From a virus: a DNA stretch of 13,306 nt. The number at the start of each line of letters is the position of its first letter. Position 1 is the stretch's first letter. The translations under genes were made by a program, and so were the position numbers. Location of the stretch: the IMG/VR virus record IMGVR_UViG_3300045988_153975. One strand, written 5' to 3'. The notes beneath the pieces were generated by a model. The model had not been told where the DNA came from and searched no databases. It saw nothing but the letters and a program-made list of their open reading frames with translations. This document shows, in pieces, positions 6,406 through 13,107 of this stretch.

Positions 6406-7629
6406 TTATGAAGCGGTTGGATCGGCAACATAAAAGACGATAGCATTTTCCGTAAAATCATTCCAGTAACGATCTGTGAAGTGCCAGAACTGATTGTAGT
6501 AGCCACCTCTAGCATTGAACGGACTTGGCTGTGACCACTCGTTTACGGTTGTGTATCCTGCCGCTTCTTCATCAAAAAGAACGCCGAATACATTATTGAT
6601 AGCTATGTTGTCACTCGTGTTCAGAGTGCCATCTTTGTTCAGCATCACCGGTGTGTTCTGAATCTGAGAAGGATTTAAAGCCGACTGCCAGAAGTTCACT
6701 CTTTCAAAGTCAACGAGTTTGAGAAAGTCGGGATTGAAAACACTAGAATAAATCTCGCTGTTGATTTTATTAACCAAATCAGTATACAGATAGAACTTCA
6801 TTCTGTCTTTCGGAGTATGCCGAACAACCGTATAGTTCGTCAGCTGTGAAGAGAACAGTGTGTTCCTGTCTGTCATTAAATCCGCAAGCGTATTGATTGT
6901 TGAAAATGCGAATTTCACAAAGCTTTCAAAATTCTCCGCTTTGAAAATATCGTTGACCCCTAACGCCCTGCCGTTTGTCTCATTATACAACGACAGAAGA
7001 TCGATTGCACGTTTGCCGCCGTTTGATTTTGCCATGGTATTTGCCGTACCGGCTGTTGTCTCAGCCGCATAAATACCAGAAATCAGATTATTGATTGTAG
7101 CTCTTGCGGTTTCCTCATGCGCCTGCTCAATCATATCCGAAGCGTTCTGCATGACCATCGAAATGAAGGACGCGAACTCATCGGGGGAAGAGAAAGCGCA
7201 ATCAAGCTGATCTTTGTAGATCGTCACCGACTTCTGATACTGATTCGCACCGTAAAAGTTTGTCTGTAAAACTTTCGGTTTGTTAACCTTATACTGATCA
7301 ATAGACTCCCCGTCAACCAGCTTCAAACGATCATCATCCTCGAACGGTTTGTCGATCGTCAGAAGTTTACGAACATGATTTCCATACCGCTGATTGGATA
7401 CGTTCAGCCCTCTAAATTTCCGTGTGTACGGTCTGACAGAGAAAATTGTCCGTGACAGAACCTGTGAAATTGCAGTAGTCAACGGGTCGTAACCAGTTTT
7501 CAACGCCATCTGTGCAACAGACACAAAGGAAGCAGTATCAACCGGTGCAATATTATTCACTCCAGTAGCCTGATTTGTAATCGCTGTCAGCACGGTTGAC
7601 AGCTGATCAAAGCTTAAATCATTTGCCAT
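6406..7629 (-). CDS. Major capsid protein (phi29 gp8 family)
   Basis: It follows the scaffold gene with a TAATG overlap. Blocks AENFESFVKFAFSTINTLA and NARGGYYNQFWHFTDRYW parallel recalled phi29 gp8 segments WGNFESFVSSIINAIYNS and NPRGLYWNYYYHVWQ. Confidence 0.82.
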   Translation of the reverse strand: MANDLSFDQLSTVLTAITNQATGVNNIAPVDTASFVSVAQMALKTGYDPLTTAISQVLSRTIFSVRPYTRKFRGLNVSNQRYGNHVRKLLTIDKPFEDDDRLKLVDGESIDQYKVNKPKVLQTNFYGANQYQKSVTIYKDQLDCAFSSPDEFASFISMVMQNASDMIEQAHEETARATINNLISGIYAAETTAGTANTMAKSNGGKRAIDLLSLYNETNGRALGVNDIFKAENFESFVKFAFSTINTLADLMTDRNTLFSSQLTNYTVVRHTPKDRMKFYLYTDLVNKINSEIYSSVFNPDFLKLVDFERVNFWQSALNPSQIQNTPVMLNKDGTLNTSDNIAINNVFGVLFDEEAAGYTTVNEWSQPSPFNARGGYYNQFWHFTDRYWNDFTENAIVFYVADPTAS

Positions 7630-7991
7630 TATTTTTTTTCTCCTTTCGGGTTGATGATGGATGCTAAAATATCATCGGTGGTTTCCCTCTGTGTGACGGG
7701 CTGAGATGAGAAAAGCAATGCCTGCTTTTTCATGTCCTCCCGAAGTCCTAACAGAGCATCCAGAACGGGATCACCGGATGTTTCCGTCTGCTGAACCTGG
7801 GCTGTCTGCTGAACCGGAGCTGTCTGCTGAACCTGGGCTGTCTGCTGAACCGGAGCTGTCTGCTGAACCGGGGCTGTCTGCTGAACCGGGGCTGTCTGCT
7901 GAACCGGGGCTGTCTGTAAACCAGCAAGAGCCACAATCTGATCTCGGGTGAACCCGGCTTTTGCTAACACTAAAATGTCTTCCTGTTTCAT
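7629..7991 (-). CDS. Putative scaffolding protein containing a (TAPVQQ)n repeat
   Basis: It is a small (120 aa) gene directly upstream of, and translationally coupled to, the capsid gene, as phi29 gene 7 is. It has charged termini and a good RBS (GAAAGGAGAA). Confidence 0.55.
   Translation of the reverse strand: MKQEDILVLAKAGFTRDQIVALAGLQTAPVQQTAPVQQTAPVQQTAPVQQTAQVQQTAPVQQTAQVQQTETSGDPVLDALLGLREDMKKQALLFSSQPVTQRETTDDILASIINPKGEKK
7786..7917. repeat. Tandem 18-bp repeat, 7 full units plus a partial unit
   Basis: The unit is GTCTGCTGAACC(T/G)G(G/A)GCT. Units 1-4 form two 36-bp super-units. Units 5-7 are identical. In frame it encodes TAPVQQ / TAQVQQ within the scaffold ORF. Confidence 0.95.
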
Positions 7992-8185
7992 TTTTCTTTT
8001 TCTCCTTTCAATGATTCTTCCAGTCGGATAAGTGCCTGTGTGTTGTTGTTTAATGCATCTGTGATTTTTTCCATTTCCGCTTTATGGCTGTCGCTCTCTT
8101 TCATCATTCGCCAAAAGAGCGCGCCGCAACAGACGATTGGAAATCCCAACGTCTGCACCATGGTCATGATGACATTCGCGTCCAT
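7988..8185 (-). CDS. Small single-pass membrane protein (65 aa), YvrJ-like; holin candidate
   Basis: I prefer the ATG at 8185, with AAAGAGG 5 nt upstream. The ORF-track start at 8191 is a GTG lying inside the RBS. One hydrophobic helix (LGFPIVCCGALFW) is followed by a charged coiled-coil-like tail. The GFPI-hydrophobic-R pattern resembles the YvrJ family as I recall it. It overlaps the scaffold gene through ATGA. Confidence 0.6.
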   Translation of the reverse strand: MDANVIMTMVQTLGFPIVCCGALFWRMMKESDSHKAEMEKITDALNNNTQALIRLEESLKGEKEK

Positions 8186-8209
8186 ATCCACCTCTTTCTA
8201 TCCCGGTTT

Positions 8210-8237
8210 AATAAAACAGGCGGTGTAATACCGCCTG
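8210..8237 (-). terminator. Intrinsic terminator immediately upstream of the first late gene
   Basis: On the - strand: CAGGCGGT, loop ATTAC, ACCGCCTG (a perfect 8-bp GC-rich stem), then TTTTATT. The U-tract ends about 10 nt before the RBS of the 7988..8185 gene. Confidence 0.75.
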
Positions 8238-8310
8238 CCGAAAAGGATTCCTGTTCCGAAACATAGAACATGTGCATCCTTCCGGGATTGTTTCTAGCAC
8301 TTCCTTTTCA
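8210..8310 (-). ncRNA. About 100-nt structured leader or candidate small RNA, from the late promoter to the terminator
   Basis: The predicted start is about 7 nt below the -10. A long helix pairs CCGGAAGGAT with ATCC(T)TTTCGG (8238-8285 on + coordinates), with an inner TGTTC/GAACA stem, and abuts the terminator hairpin. An alternative 8-bp pairing is GAAAAGGA (5' end) with TCCTTTTC. I found no convincing ORF. Confidence 0.35.
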
Positions 8311-8316
8311 CCTATG

Positions 8317-8345
8317 ATTATAACATGGAACCATCTTTTTAGCAA
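8317..8345 (-). promoter_or_regulatory. Candidate late promoter (TTGCTA, 17 nt, TGTTATAAT)
   Basis: On the - strand: TTGCTA (8345-8340), a 17-nt spacer, extended -10 TGT, TATAAT (8322-8317). It lies wholly within the ATPase/late-gene intergenic region, one base from the 18-bp palindrome. Confidence 0.65.
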
Positions 8346-8346
8346 G

Positions 8347-8364
8347 ATGTTTCACGTGAAACAT
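8347..8364. promoter_or_regulatory. Copy 3 of the palindrome, the longest form: ATGTTTCACGTGAAACAT (18-bp perfect)
   Basis: It is a perfect 18-bp palindrome. It overlaps the ATPase stop codon (8352-8354) and ends 1 nt from the -35 of the candidate late promoter. Confidence 0.6.
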
Positions 8365-9392
8365 TTTGTAAAAAGAACTTGAATGATATAGTTTTCAAGA
8401 TAAAGGGAGCGTGATAGGAACGCAATCCAGAGGTAACGATATTTCAAACGGAATCGCACCTTATCATTTTCACTCATGCTATAATTTTCTTTGAACACAC
8501 CAGACTTGAATGATGTGACGTAGTACTCCTGCCGTGACTTGTGACGATAGATATACATTTCCCCTACGTGAACCAACGGTTTGAACTCTTTGATGTTTCT
8601 ACTTCCTATATTGTCCGCCCTGTCTTTCGTGAACACATTTTTCAGTGCCATCTGGTAAAAGTCAGAATCCCTTGACACCAGATTGTACAATGCTGTCTTT
8701 TCTTTCGCTTCCGAAATCGGGCTGTCTTGACAGATGATCAGCGCCAGACCCCTTTCTTTATCAATCCAGATAGATGTGCCATTTTGATACATCTTCTCGG
8801 CTCTTAGCACAAGTCCTAGTGATATGAACAATTCATTTGCCATGTTATTACTATTAGCGGCGCAGATCACTTTGACGGGTGGAATCCCTTTCAATTCACG
8901 GTTTCGGTTAATTGTTTCATAGCAGTTAAAGAAAGCTTCCGCTTCGTTTTTCAATGGTCGCTCATGGGCTTCTGCAATGAACTCATCGTAGAAGATGAGA
9001 GAGATATCACTCGCATCAAAACCCCTCATATTCGAAATGGTTGACAGTGCAAGGGAATAACAGAACGGTTCTGGTGAAATAATCGTTCCTTCCATATCCG
9101 TTTCATAAAACGCACTGCTCTGCTTTGTTAGTGATACCGCCTTAAACAAGCGATTCATATCTCCCAGTACTGGTTTGAGCGGTGAAAATTCCGGTTTGGA
9201 TATGAGATCAGCTTGTGTCTGCGTCCTTCTCATCAGAGCAAACTTGATCTTCTTCTCAATGGCAAACTTACATACACCGTACGTTTTCCCTGTTCCCCGG
9301 CCGCCGACAATAAAGATAAACGGCACATCTATATTGTATATTGCTGGTATGTTGATAAAACCGTTGCGGTCATATATATTCTTCTCTTTCAT
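8352..9392 (-). CDS. DNA packaging (encapsidation) ATPase, phi29 gp16 family
   Basis: Walker A VGGRGTGKTY compares with phi29 GARGIGKSY. Walker B-like LIFYDEFI compares with IVFDEFI, and RNRE is shared. I prefer the ATG at 9392, with GAGGTG 6 nt upstream, over the GTG at 9401. Confidence 0.9.
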   Translation of the reverse strand: MKEKNIYDRNGFINIPAIYNIDVPFIFIVGGRGTGKTYGVCKFAIEKKIKFALMRRTQTQADLISKPEFSPLKPVLGDMNRLFKAVSLTKQSSAFYETDMEGTIISPEPFCYSLALSTISNMRGFDASDISLIFYDEFIAEAHERPLKNEAEAFFNCYETINRNRELKGIPPVKVICAANSNNMANELFISLGLVLRAEKMYQNGTSIWIDKERGLALIICQDSPISEAKEKTALYNLVSRDSDFYQMALKNVFTKDRADNIGSRNIKEFKPLVHVGEMYIYRHKSRQEYYVTSFKSGVFKENYSMSENDKVRFRLKYRYLWIAFLSRSLYLENYIIQVLFTKCFT

Positions 9393-9409
9393 ATGATACA
9401 CCTCTATGG

Positions 9410-9433
9410 AAAAACCCCGTTAACGGAACGGGG
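9410..9433 (-). terminator. Intrinsic terminator ending the small early unit, directly upstream of the ATPase RBS
   Basis: On the - strand: CCCCGTT, loop CCGTT, AACGGGG (7-bp stem), then TTTTT. The GAGGTG RBS of the ATPase gene follows within about 5 nt. Confidence 0.7.
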
Positions 9434-9484
9434 CTTTACTTGAAATACACAAATGAGATAAAGTTTTTATAATTTGTTAACTAG

Positions 9485-9832
9485 TTACTCGGCATAGGCA
9501 CAAGTGATAAAGTGCCGTCCCGCTTTTGACTGACCAGCGATTACTTTTACGGCTGTGATCTCTTCTCCGTTGTCTGTGAACATGTCACACAGAACTGAAA
9601 AAGAATCTATGAATGTTTTACTGTTAGTCGCATATGCGACATTGTCCTCTGTCAGGATAGACAGAATAGTCTGTACATTTCCGTCCTTATCCAGATCAGA
9701 ATAGAGCATCCAGTTTTTTACCGGAATAACCATTCCCTCTGCATCTCGCATTCTCCGGATCTGCGGGTTAATGCTCATTAAATACTGTTCTTTTACAGAA
9801 ATTGTTTCATTTTTGCTTTTAATCACTTTCAT
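9485..9832 (-). CDS. Early protein of unknown function (115 aa); SSB or DNA-binding role possible from position only
   Basis: RBS AAAGGTGA. It is the second gene of a compact unit made of a consensus promoter, two genes and a terminator, next to the polymerase. I recognise no motif. Confidence 0.6.
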   Translation of the reverse strand: MKVIKSKNETISVKEQYLMSINPQIRRMRDAEGMVIPVKNWMLYSDLDKDGNVQTILSILTEDNVAYATNSKTFIDSFSVLCDMFTDNGEEITAVKVIAGQSKAGRHFITCAYAE

Positions 9833-9834
9833 AG

Positions 9835-10086
9835 TTATTTCACCTTTCTTGTTGCGTTCTTGATAAATTCATCCGCATCCATAGAGTATACATCCTCTGT
9901 GGTTAAGATTACCTTGAAACTGAGATAGCCCTTATCCTCCATGAGGTAGCTTTCGATGCGTTCCTTGGACGGCATTCTCAGAGTCATAAATTTTTTGGTA
10001 ACAACTTCTTCTGTTTTTGTTTCCTCGTCGTAGCGTTTCACTTCTAACAGAGTGGTTACTACTGTCTTGGTAATACTTCCTTTCAT
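9835..10086 (-). CDS. Early protein of unknown function (83 aa)
   Basis: RBS AAAGGAGCA. It is the first gene after the consensus promoter at 10114-10142. It is rich in K, E and T. I recognise no motif. Confidence 0.6.
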   Translation of the reverse strand: MKGSITKTVVTTLLEVKRYDEETKTEEVVTKKFMTLRMPSKERIESYLMEDKGYLSFKVILTTEDVYSMDADEFIKNATRKVK

Positions 10087-10113
10087 GTTATTGCTCCTTT
10101 CTTTACATCACCT

Positions 10114-10142
10114 ATTATAAACCCGTTTGTAGTTTTTGTCAA
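10114..10142 (-). promoter_or_regulatory. Perfect consensus sigma-A promoter (TTGACA, 17 nt, TATAAT) overlapping the polymerase stop codon
   Basis: On the - strand: TTGACA (10142-10137, containing the TGA stop of the polymerase), a 17-nt spacer, TATAAT (10119-10114). It lies about 28 nt upstream of the ATG at 10086. Confidence 0.8.
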
Positions 10143-12172
10143 GCTAATAAATTTGTGCCTTTTAAAATTTTTACTGATTGATTATACAACAGGGCATCCT
10201 GCAATATATCCTCATATTCCTTTGTAATGCCTACAGCATAAGTAGTAGGGCGTAGAACCACATTCTTGGTTATTTCGATTATCTTGCCATCTTTATTTTT
10301 ATATTTTGTTATTTCTGGATTGTCATTATAAACAGTTTCCAATTTGCCACAATCGCTAAATACGAAACCCGGCTTTAATACATCCAGCCCGCCCTTCCTA
10401 TTTAATTCTTCTGCGCCTGCTTTTTTCGGGACACCTGCGACCGCGATCTTTAATTTTCCGTCAGATTCATATGCATACTTTTTCGCACCCCACGTGATGA
10501 AACGGTCTGCATCTGCTTCCTGTTCATAAACTTCCATGTAATGTTCTTTGCCCCTCGGATCAGTAGCCCAAGCACCGTTTTCTTTTGACAACTTTATTTT
10601 TTCGTTATTATACTTTGAAAAATCCACATCGCCTAAATACTTGATCGAATCAGTATCACAGTAAATAAACGTTCCGCCTTGGCCAGTTACGATCCTCATT
10701 CCCTGTTCCAACTCATACCGCGCCCAAGCGGTACACCATACGCCCCATGTGTACGGTATGAACGCTCTTTTCATGAAATCTTCCAATAATTCTTTTTTGC
10801 TTTTCGAACTGTCAATAATAAACTCATCATCCTCATATAAAATCGACTCTTTGACGGGATCTTGTGCTGTCATTCCATAGATAGAATTTAATTTATTCTT
10901 TGATTTCATGTAAAGATACTCTTGACCATCTACATCTTTCAATTCTGTTTTCTTCCTATAGTATTCACAGATCGTGTCTACCATGACAGACGGTAATTTC
11001 CCGTATCGTGCACTGTAGACCTCGATTGGCACGATCTCATCAATGTGATACTCTTCTACGATGATTCGCAAATCAACATCTGTGATGGATGTTTCCAAAT
11101 AATCAGCGCTCAATATACGACCGTTATCGAAAACTCCATTGATAATACTCCGGCACTTATCTTTTGCCAGATAGGGACAACCCCAAGAATAGTCATTCAG
11201 TGAAACGCCACGAAATGATACCCTCATAAGGATTGCTTTTTCTCTTCTTTTCATCATGTCAATGATCTGCGATGCGTCTGGAACAGGTTTTGAAATTTTG
11301 TGAAAACGAGTGACTGGATACGCACAATTGCACTGTACTCCTGGGTAACTTGATGATCTGTCTGCCGAATGTACACCTTCCAATATCCAACCTGCATAAA
11401 ACCTGTTTGCATGGGTGTTTCCGCCCCTGAACGCTTCTCTTTCTAGTTGATATGTTTCAAAATCGGGCTGAATGCCCATGATCCATCTGTTCCCTGTCAG
11501 TGCGTTTTTTACGTCACGGCGAACATAACCGGTTGACGTCAAGGGGATCGTGTAGAGCGTGTCACCATCGTTTTTCATCTCAGTTTTGATGGCTTCTACT
11601 AGACCCAGCACATCGTTGATGCAGTATGCCAGTTCGGTTTCTGATAATTCAGTGTAACTGAAACGCTGAACGTTATAATCCAGATCGCCGGATAATTTCT
11701 TATGCTTTACATTCATTTTTTCTGTGAACACTTCCAAGGACATGTTCGTTTGAATATATGAGCATCGAAACTCGAAATGATCGTACATTTCACACTTGCA
11801 GACCTTTCTTTTATCCAGAGCAAATACCTCTTCTTTCGAAAACGGATAGATGCCGGAAAGAAACTGAAATTCAAAGGAAAGGTTATGGACATATACTACA
11901 ATGTATTCCATGTCTTCCAAACGTCCGGTTATTTCTTGCATGAAATATCTAAACTCCTCCCATGTTCTTCCTATCACTGTGCAGTTTTCGTCTACTTGAA
12001 ACTGCCAGATGTACATGACAGATTGCTCTATTTCTTTTATTCTTGTAGTTTCAATGTCAAAAGCGCAAACTAAATTATTGTAGTTTTTCTTGTTGCGAGA
12101 TCCTTTTTTCCTTTTAACTTTTCCTGCTTTTTTAAAAATCGAGTAATCAAAATCATATACATCTGTTATCAT
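10139..12172 (-). CDS. Protein-primed family B DNA polymerase (phi29 gp2-like)
   Basis: The motifs found are ExoI AFDIETT, ExoII YCINDVLGLV, YxGG-like FRGGN, motif A DRSSSYPG, motif B KNKLNSIYG, TAWARY, motif C YCDTDS and KKYAY. It sits next to a putative terminal protein gene, in a genome bounded by ITRs. Confidence 0.95.
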   Translation of the reverse strand: MITDVYDFDYSIFKKAGKVKRKKGSRNKKNYNNLVCAFDIETTRIKEIEQSVMYIWQFQVDENCTVIGRTWEEFRYFMQEITGRLEDMEYIVVYVHNLSFEFQFLSGIYPFSKEEVFALDKRKVCKCEMYDHFEFRCSYIQTNMSLEVFTEKMNVKHKKLSGDLDYNVQRFSYTELSETELAYCINDVLGLVEAIKTEMKNDGDTLYTIPLTSTGYVRRDVKNALTGNRWIMGIQPDFETYQLEREAFRGGNTHANRFYAGWILEGVHSADRSSSYPGVQCNCAYPVTRFHKISKPVPDASQIIDMMKRREKAILMRVSFRGVSLNDYSWGCPYLAKDKCRSIINGVFDNGRILSADYLETSITDVDLRIIVEEYHIDEIVPIEVYSARYGKLPSVMVDTICEYYRKKTELKDVDGQEYLYMKSKNKLNSIYGMTAQDPVKESILYEDDEFIIDSSKSKKELLEDFMKRAFIPYTWGVWCTAWARYELEQGMRIVTGQGGTFIYCDTDSIKYLGDVDFSKYNNEKIKLSKENGAWATDPRGKEHYMEVYEQEADADRFITWGAKKYAYESDGKLKIAVAGVPKKAGAEELNRKGGLDVLKPGFVFSDCGKLETVYNDNPEITKYKNKDGKIIEITKNVVLRPTTYAVGITKEYEDILQDALLYNQSVKILKGTNLLA

Positions 12173-12173
12173 A

Positions 12174-12776
12174 TCATTTTTTACCTTTCTTTAACAAACT
12201 CAAAATCTCATCGGCACTCTTTGATTCGATATCCGGCAGATTACTGATTTTATCTCGATTCTTAAGCCAACTTTCGAGGTCTTTTGCTAATTCTGTCGGT
12301 GCAACCTTGTAGCGTGTTGCTTCCCATAATTTTACAAGGACCTCTGAATCGTATTGAAGATCAGTAGCCTGCTCAGATAATAACTCCATAAAATCTGTGA
12401 AATTCTGAAAATTCTCCTCTGTCACATCATAATCGTATGAGCGTAGCTTTTTTATTTTTTGCGCTCTCAACTCATACTGACCAGTAACAGTAGAAAGAGG
12501 ATTGTGTATAAAGCGTGCTAATTGTGACAACGCCAATGGCACTTGCCGTTCTGTCAGTTCTGACAGTTTTTTCGTGTTCGTTGCATTATACTTATATGCG
12601 GAGGACTTGCCGAAACCTGCTTTAGAAAGTCTGGAAAGACGTTTGACCGCTATTGCTCGAAGCCTTGAATACTCTTTTCTCACCTCAGAAGGTGTGTAGT
12701 TATTTATAAGATATTGAGGATTATAGCGCTCGAGTGATCCAAAGCCAAGTTTGGCAGAGGGTTTGAATTTTGCCAT
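12174..12776 (-). CDS. Putative terminal protein (replication primer)
   Basis: The call rests mainly on synteny: it is the gene immediately upstream of the protein-primed polymerase and nearly abuts it (TGAtATG), as gene 3 and gene 2 do in phi29. It is 200 aa, basic at the N-terminus and acidic in the C-terminal half. Sequence resemblance to phi29 TP is weak. Confidence 0.5.
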   Translation of the reverse strand: MAKFKPSAKLGFGSLERYNPQYLINNYTPSEVRKEYSRLRAIAVKRLSRLSKAGFGKSSAYKYNATNTKKLSELTERQVPLALSQLARFIHNPLSTVTGQYELRAQKIKKLRSYDYDVTEENFQNFTDFMELLSEQATDLQYDSEVLVKLWEATRYKVAPTELAKDLESWLKNRDKISNLPDIESKSADEILSLLKKGKK

Positions 12777-12795
12777 TGTGTGTTCTCCTTTCTAT

Positions 12796-12809
12796 GTTTC
12801 ACGTGAAAC
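12796..12809. promoter_or_regulatory. Copy 4 of the palindrome GTTTCACGTGAAAC, upstream of the terminal protein RBS
   Basis: This is an exact 14-mer, 5 nt upstream of RBS GAAAGGAG and 20 nt upstream of the ATG at 12776. It lies between the right ITR promoter and the replication genes. Confidence 0.55.
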
Positions 12810-12810
12810 T

Positions 12811-12900
12811 TTAAAAACCAAATAAGTAAAGTATAGGCAGTGCTATGATTGATAGCACTGCCAAAATCGATATAAATATAATCTGTACTATTTCTTTCAT
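12811..12900 (-). CDS. Possible 29-aa hydrophobic micro-protein
   Basis: AAAGGAGAG lies 4-5 nt before the ATG at 12900. My translation is MKEIVQIIFISILAVLSIIALPILYLFGF, a single transmembrane-like helix. The caveat is that it overlaps a 10-bp perfect inverted repeat, so the region may be regulatory RNA instead. Confidence 0.35.
   Translation of the reverse strand: MKEIVQIIFISILAVLSIIALPILYLFGF
12837..12863 (-). other. Perfect 10-bp stem hairpin (GGCAGTGCTA / TAGCACTGCC, 7-nt loop)
   Basis: The inverted repeat is seen directly. On the - strand it is followed by the U-rich TATACTTTACTTATTT. It could be a weak terminator or attenuator between the terminal small gene and the replication genes. 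Confidence 0.4.
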
Positions 12901-12912
12901 TTTCTCTCCTTT

Positions 12913-13107
12913 CTATGCAATATGCAATAGGAGATAATCACCGTACTCACCACTCTCCAAACTGTACCTCTCAATTCTAATTCTAGTATTTGAAGGTAAT
13001 AAATCCGACAAAATGCCTTCGGAAATATATCTATCACCCCTATAAATCACGCACCACAATCCTTTGTTAAACTTCGTCAATTCTAAAACACTCTGTAAAG
13101 TATACAT
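12913..13107 (-). CDS. Small terminal early protein, paralog family member C (64 aa)
   Basis: It is the mirror-image counterpart of 200..394. It shares the same ITR-borne promoter, RBS and first 8 nt, then diverges strongly in nucleotide sequence while keeping length and a conserved protein scaffold. Confidence 0.8.
   Translation of the reverse strand: MYTLQSVLELTKFNKGLWCVIYRGDRYISEGILSDLLPSNTRIRIERYSLESGEYGDYLLLHIA

Noticed and set aside
7786-7917. Possible CRISPR array
   Set aside because: The repeats are directly adjacent with no spacers, are only 18 bp long, and lie in frame within a coding sequence.
7706-7951. ORFs 7706..7951 (+) and 7748..7936 (-) with repetitive PELSAE / PRFSRQ products
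   Set aside because: They are alternative-frame read-outs of the 18-bp tandem repeat inside the scaffold gene. They have no RBS, and the frame encoding the scaffold is the one coupled to its neighbours.
8186-8191. GTG start codons used by the ORF track at 8191, 9401 and 2854
   Set aside because: In each case the GTG sits inside or directly against the Shine-Dalgarno sequence. An ATG 6-9 nt downstream has proper spacing, so I moved the starts to 8185, 9392 and 2845.
8192-8290. A 36-aa ORF (MHMFYVSEQ...) within the late leader
   Set aside because: The only SD-like sequence (GGAAGG) abuts the ATG with zero spacing. The ORF also runs through the terminator and into the next gene in another frame. 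The region is better explained as structured RNA.
8347-8364. The palindrome as a known host regulator site (CcpA cre, CodY box, LexA/Cheo box, Rex, CRP/FNR)
   Set aside because: The half-site sequence, orientation or spacing does not fit any of these consensus sequences as I recall them. For example Cheo is GAAC-N4-GTTC and Rex is GTGAA-N6-TTCAC, whereas here it is GTTTC-N4-GAAAC. I left it as an unassigned motif.
9434-9484. A possible promoter for the ATPase gene (TTAACA ... CTCATT / TATAAA)
   Set aside because: No -35/-10 pair with acceptable spacing and sequence is present. Any such promoter would also still lie upstream of the terminator.
10323-10360. A TATAAT hexamer inside the polymerase 3' region, and TTGACA hexamers at about 1718, 5636, 10813 and 12052
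   Set aside because: Each lacks a partner hexamer at 16-18 nt spacing. They are isolated hexamers, as expected by chance in moderately AT-rich DNA.
6860-12699. Further shadow ORFs: 6860..7072, 8040..8228, 8084..8266, 9175..9396, 9213..9443, 10344..10529, 11758..11943, 11777..12073, 12502..12699
   Set aside because: The reasoning is the same. All are + strand ORFs antisense to supported genes, and there is no + strand promoter beyond the left arm.
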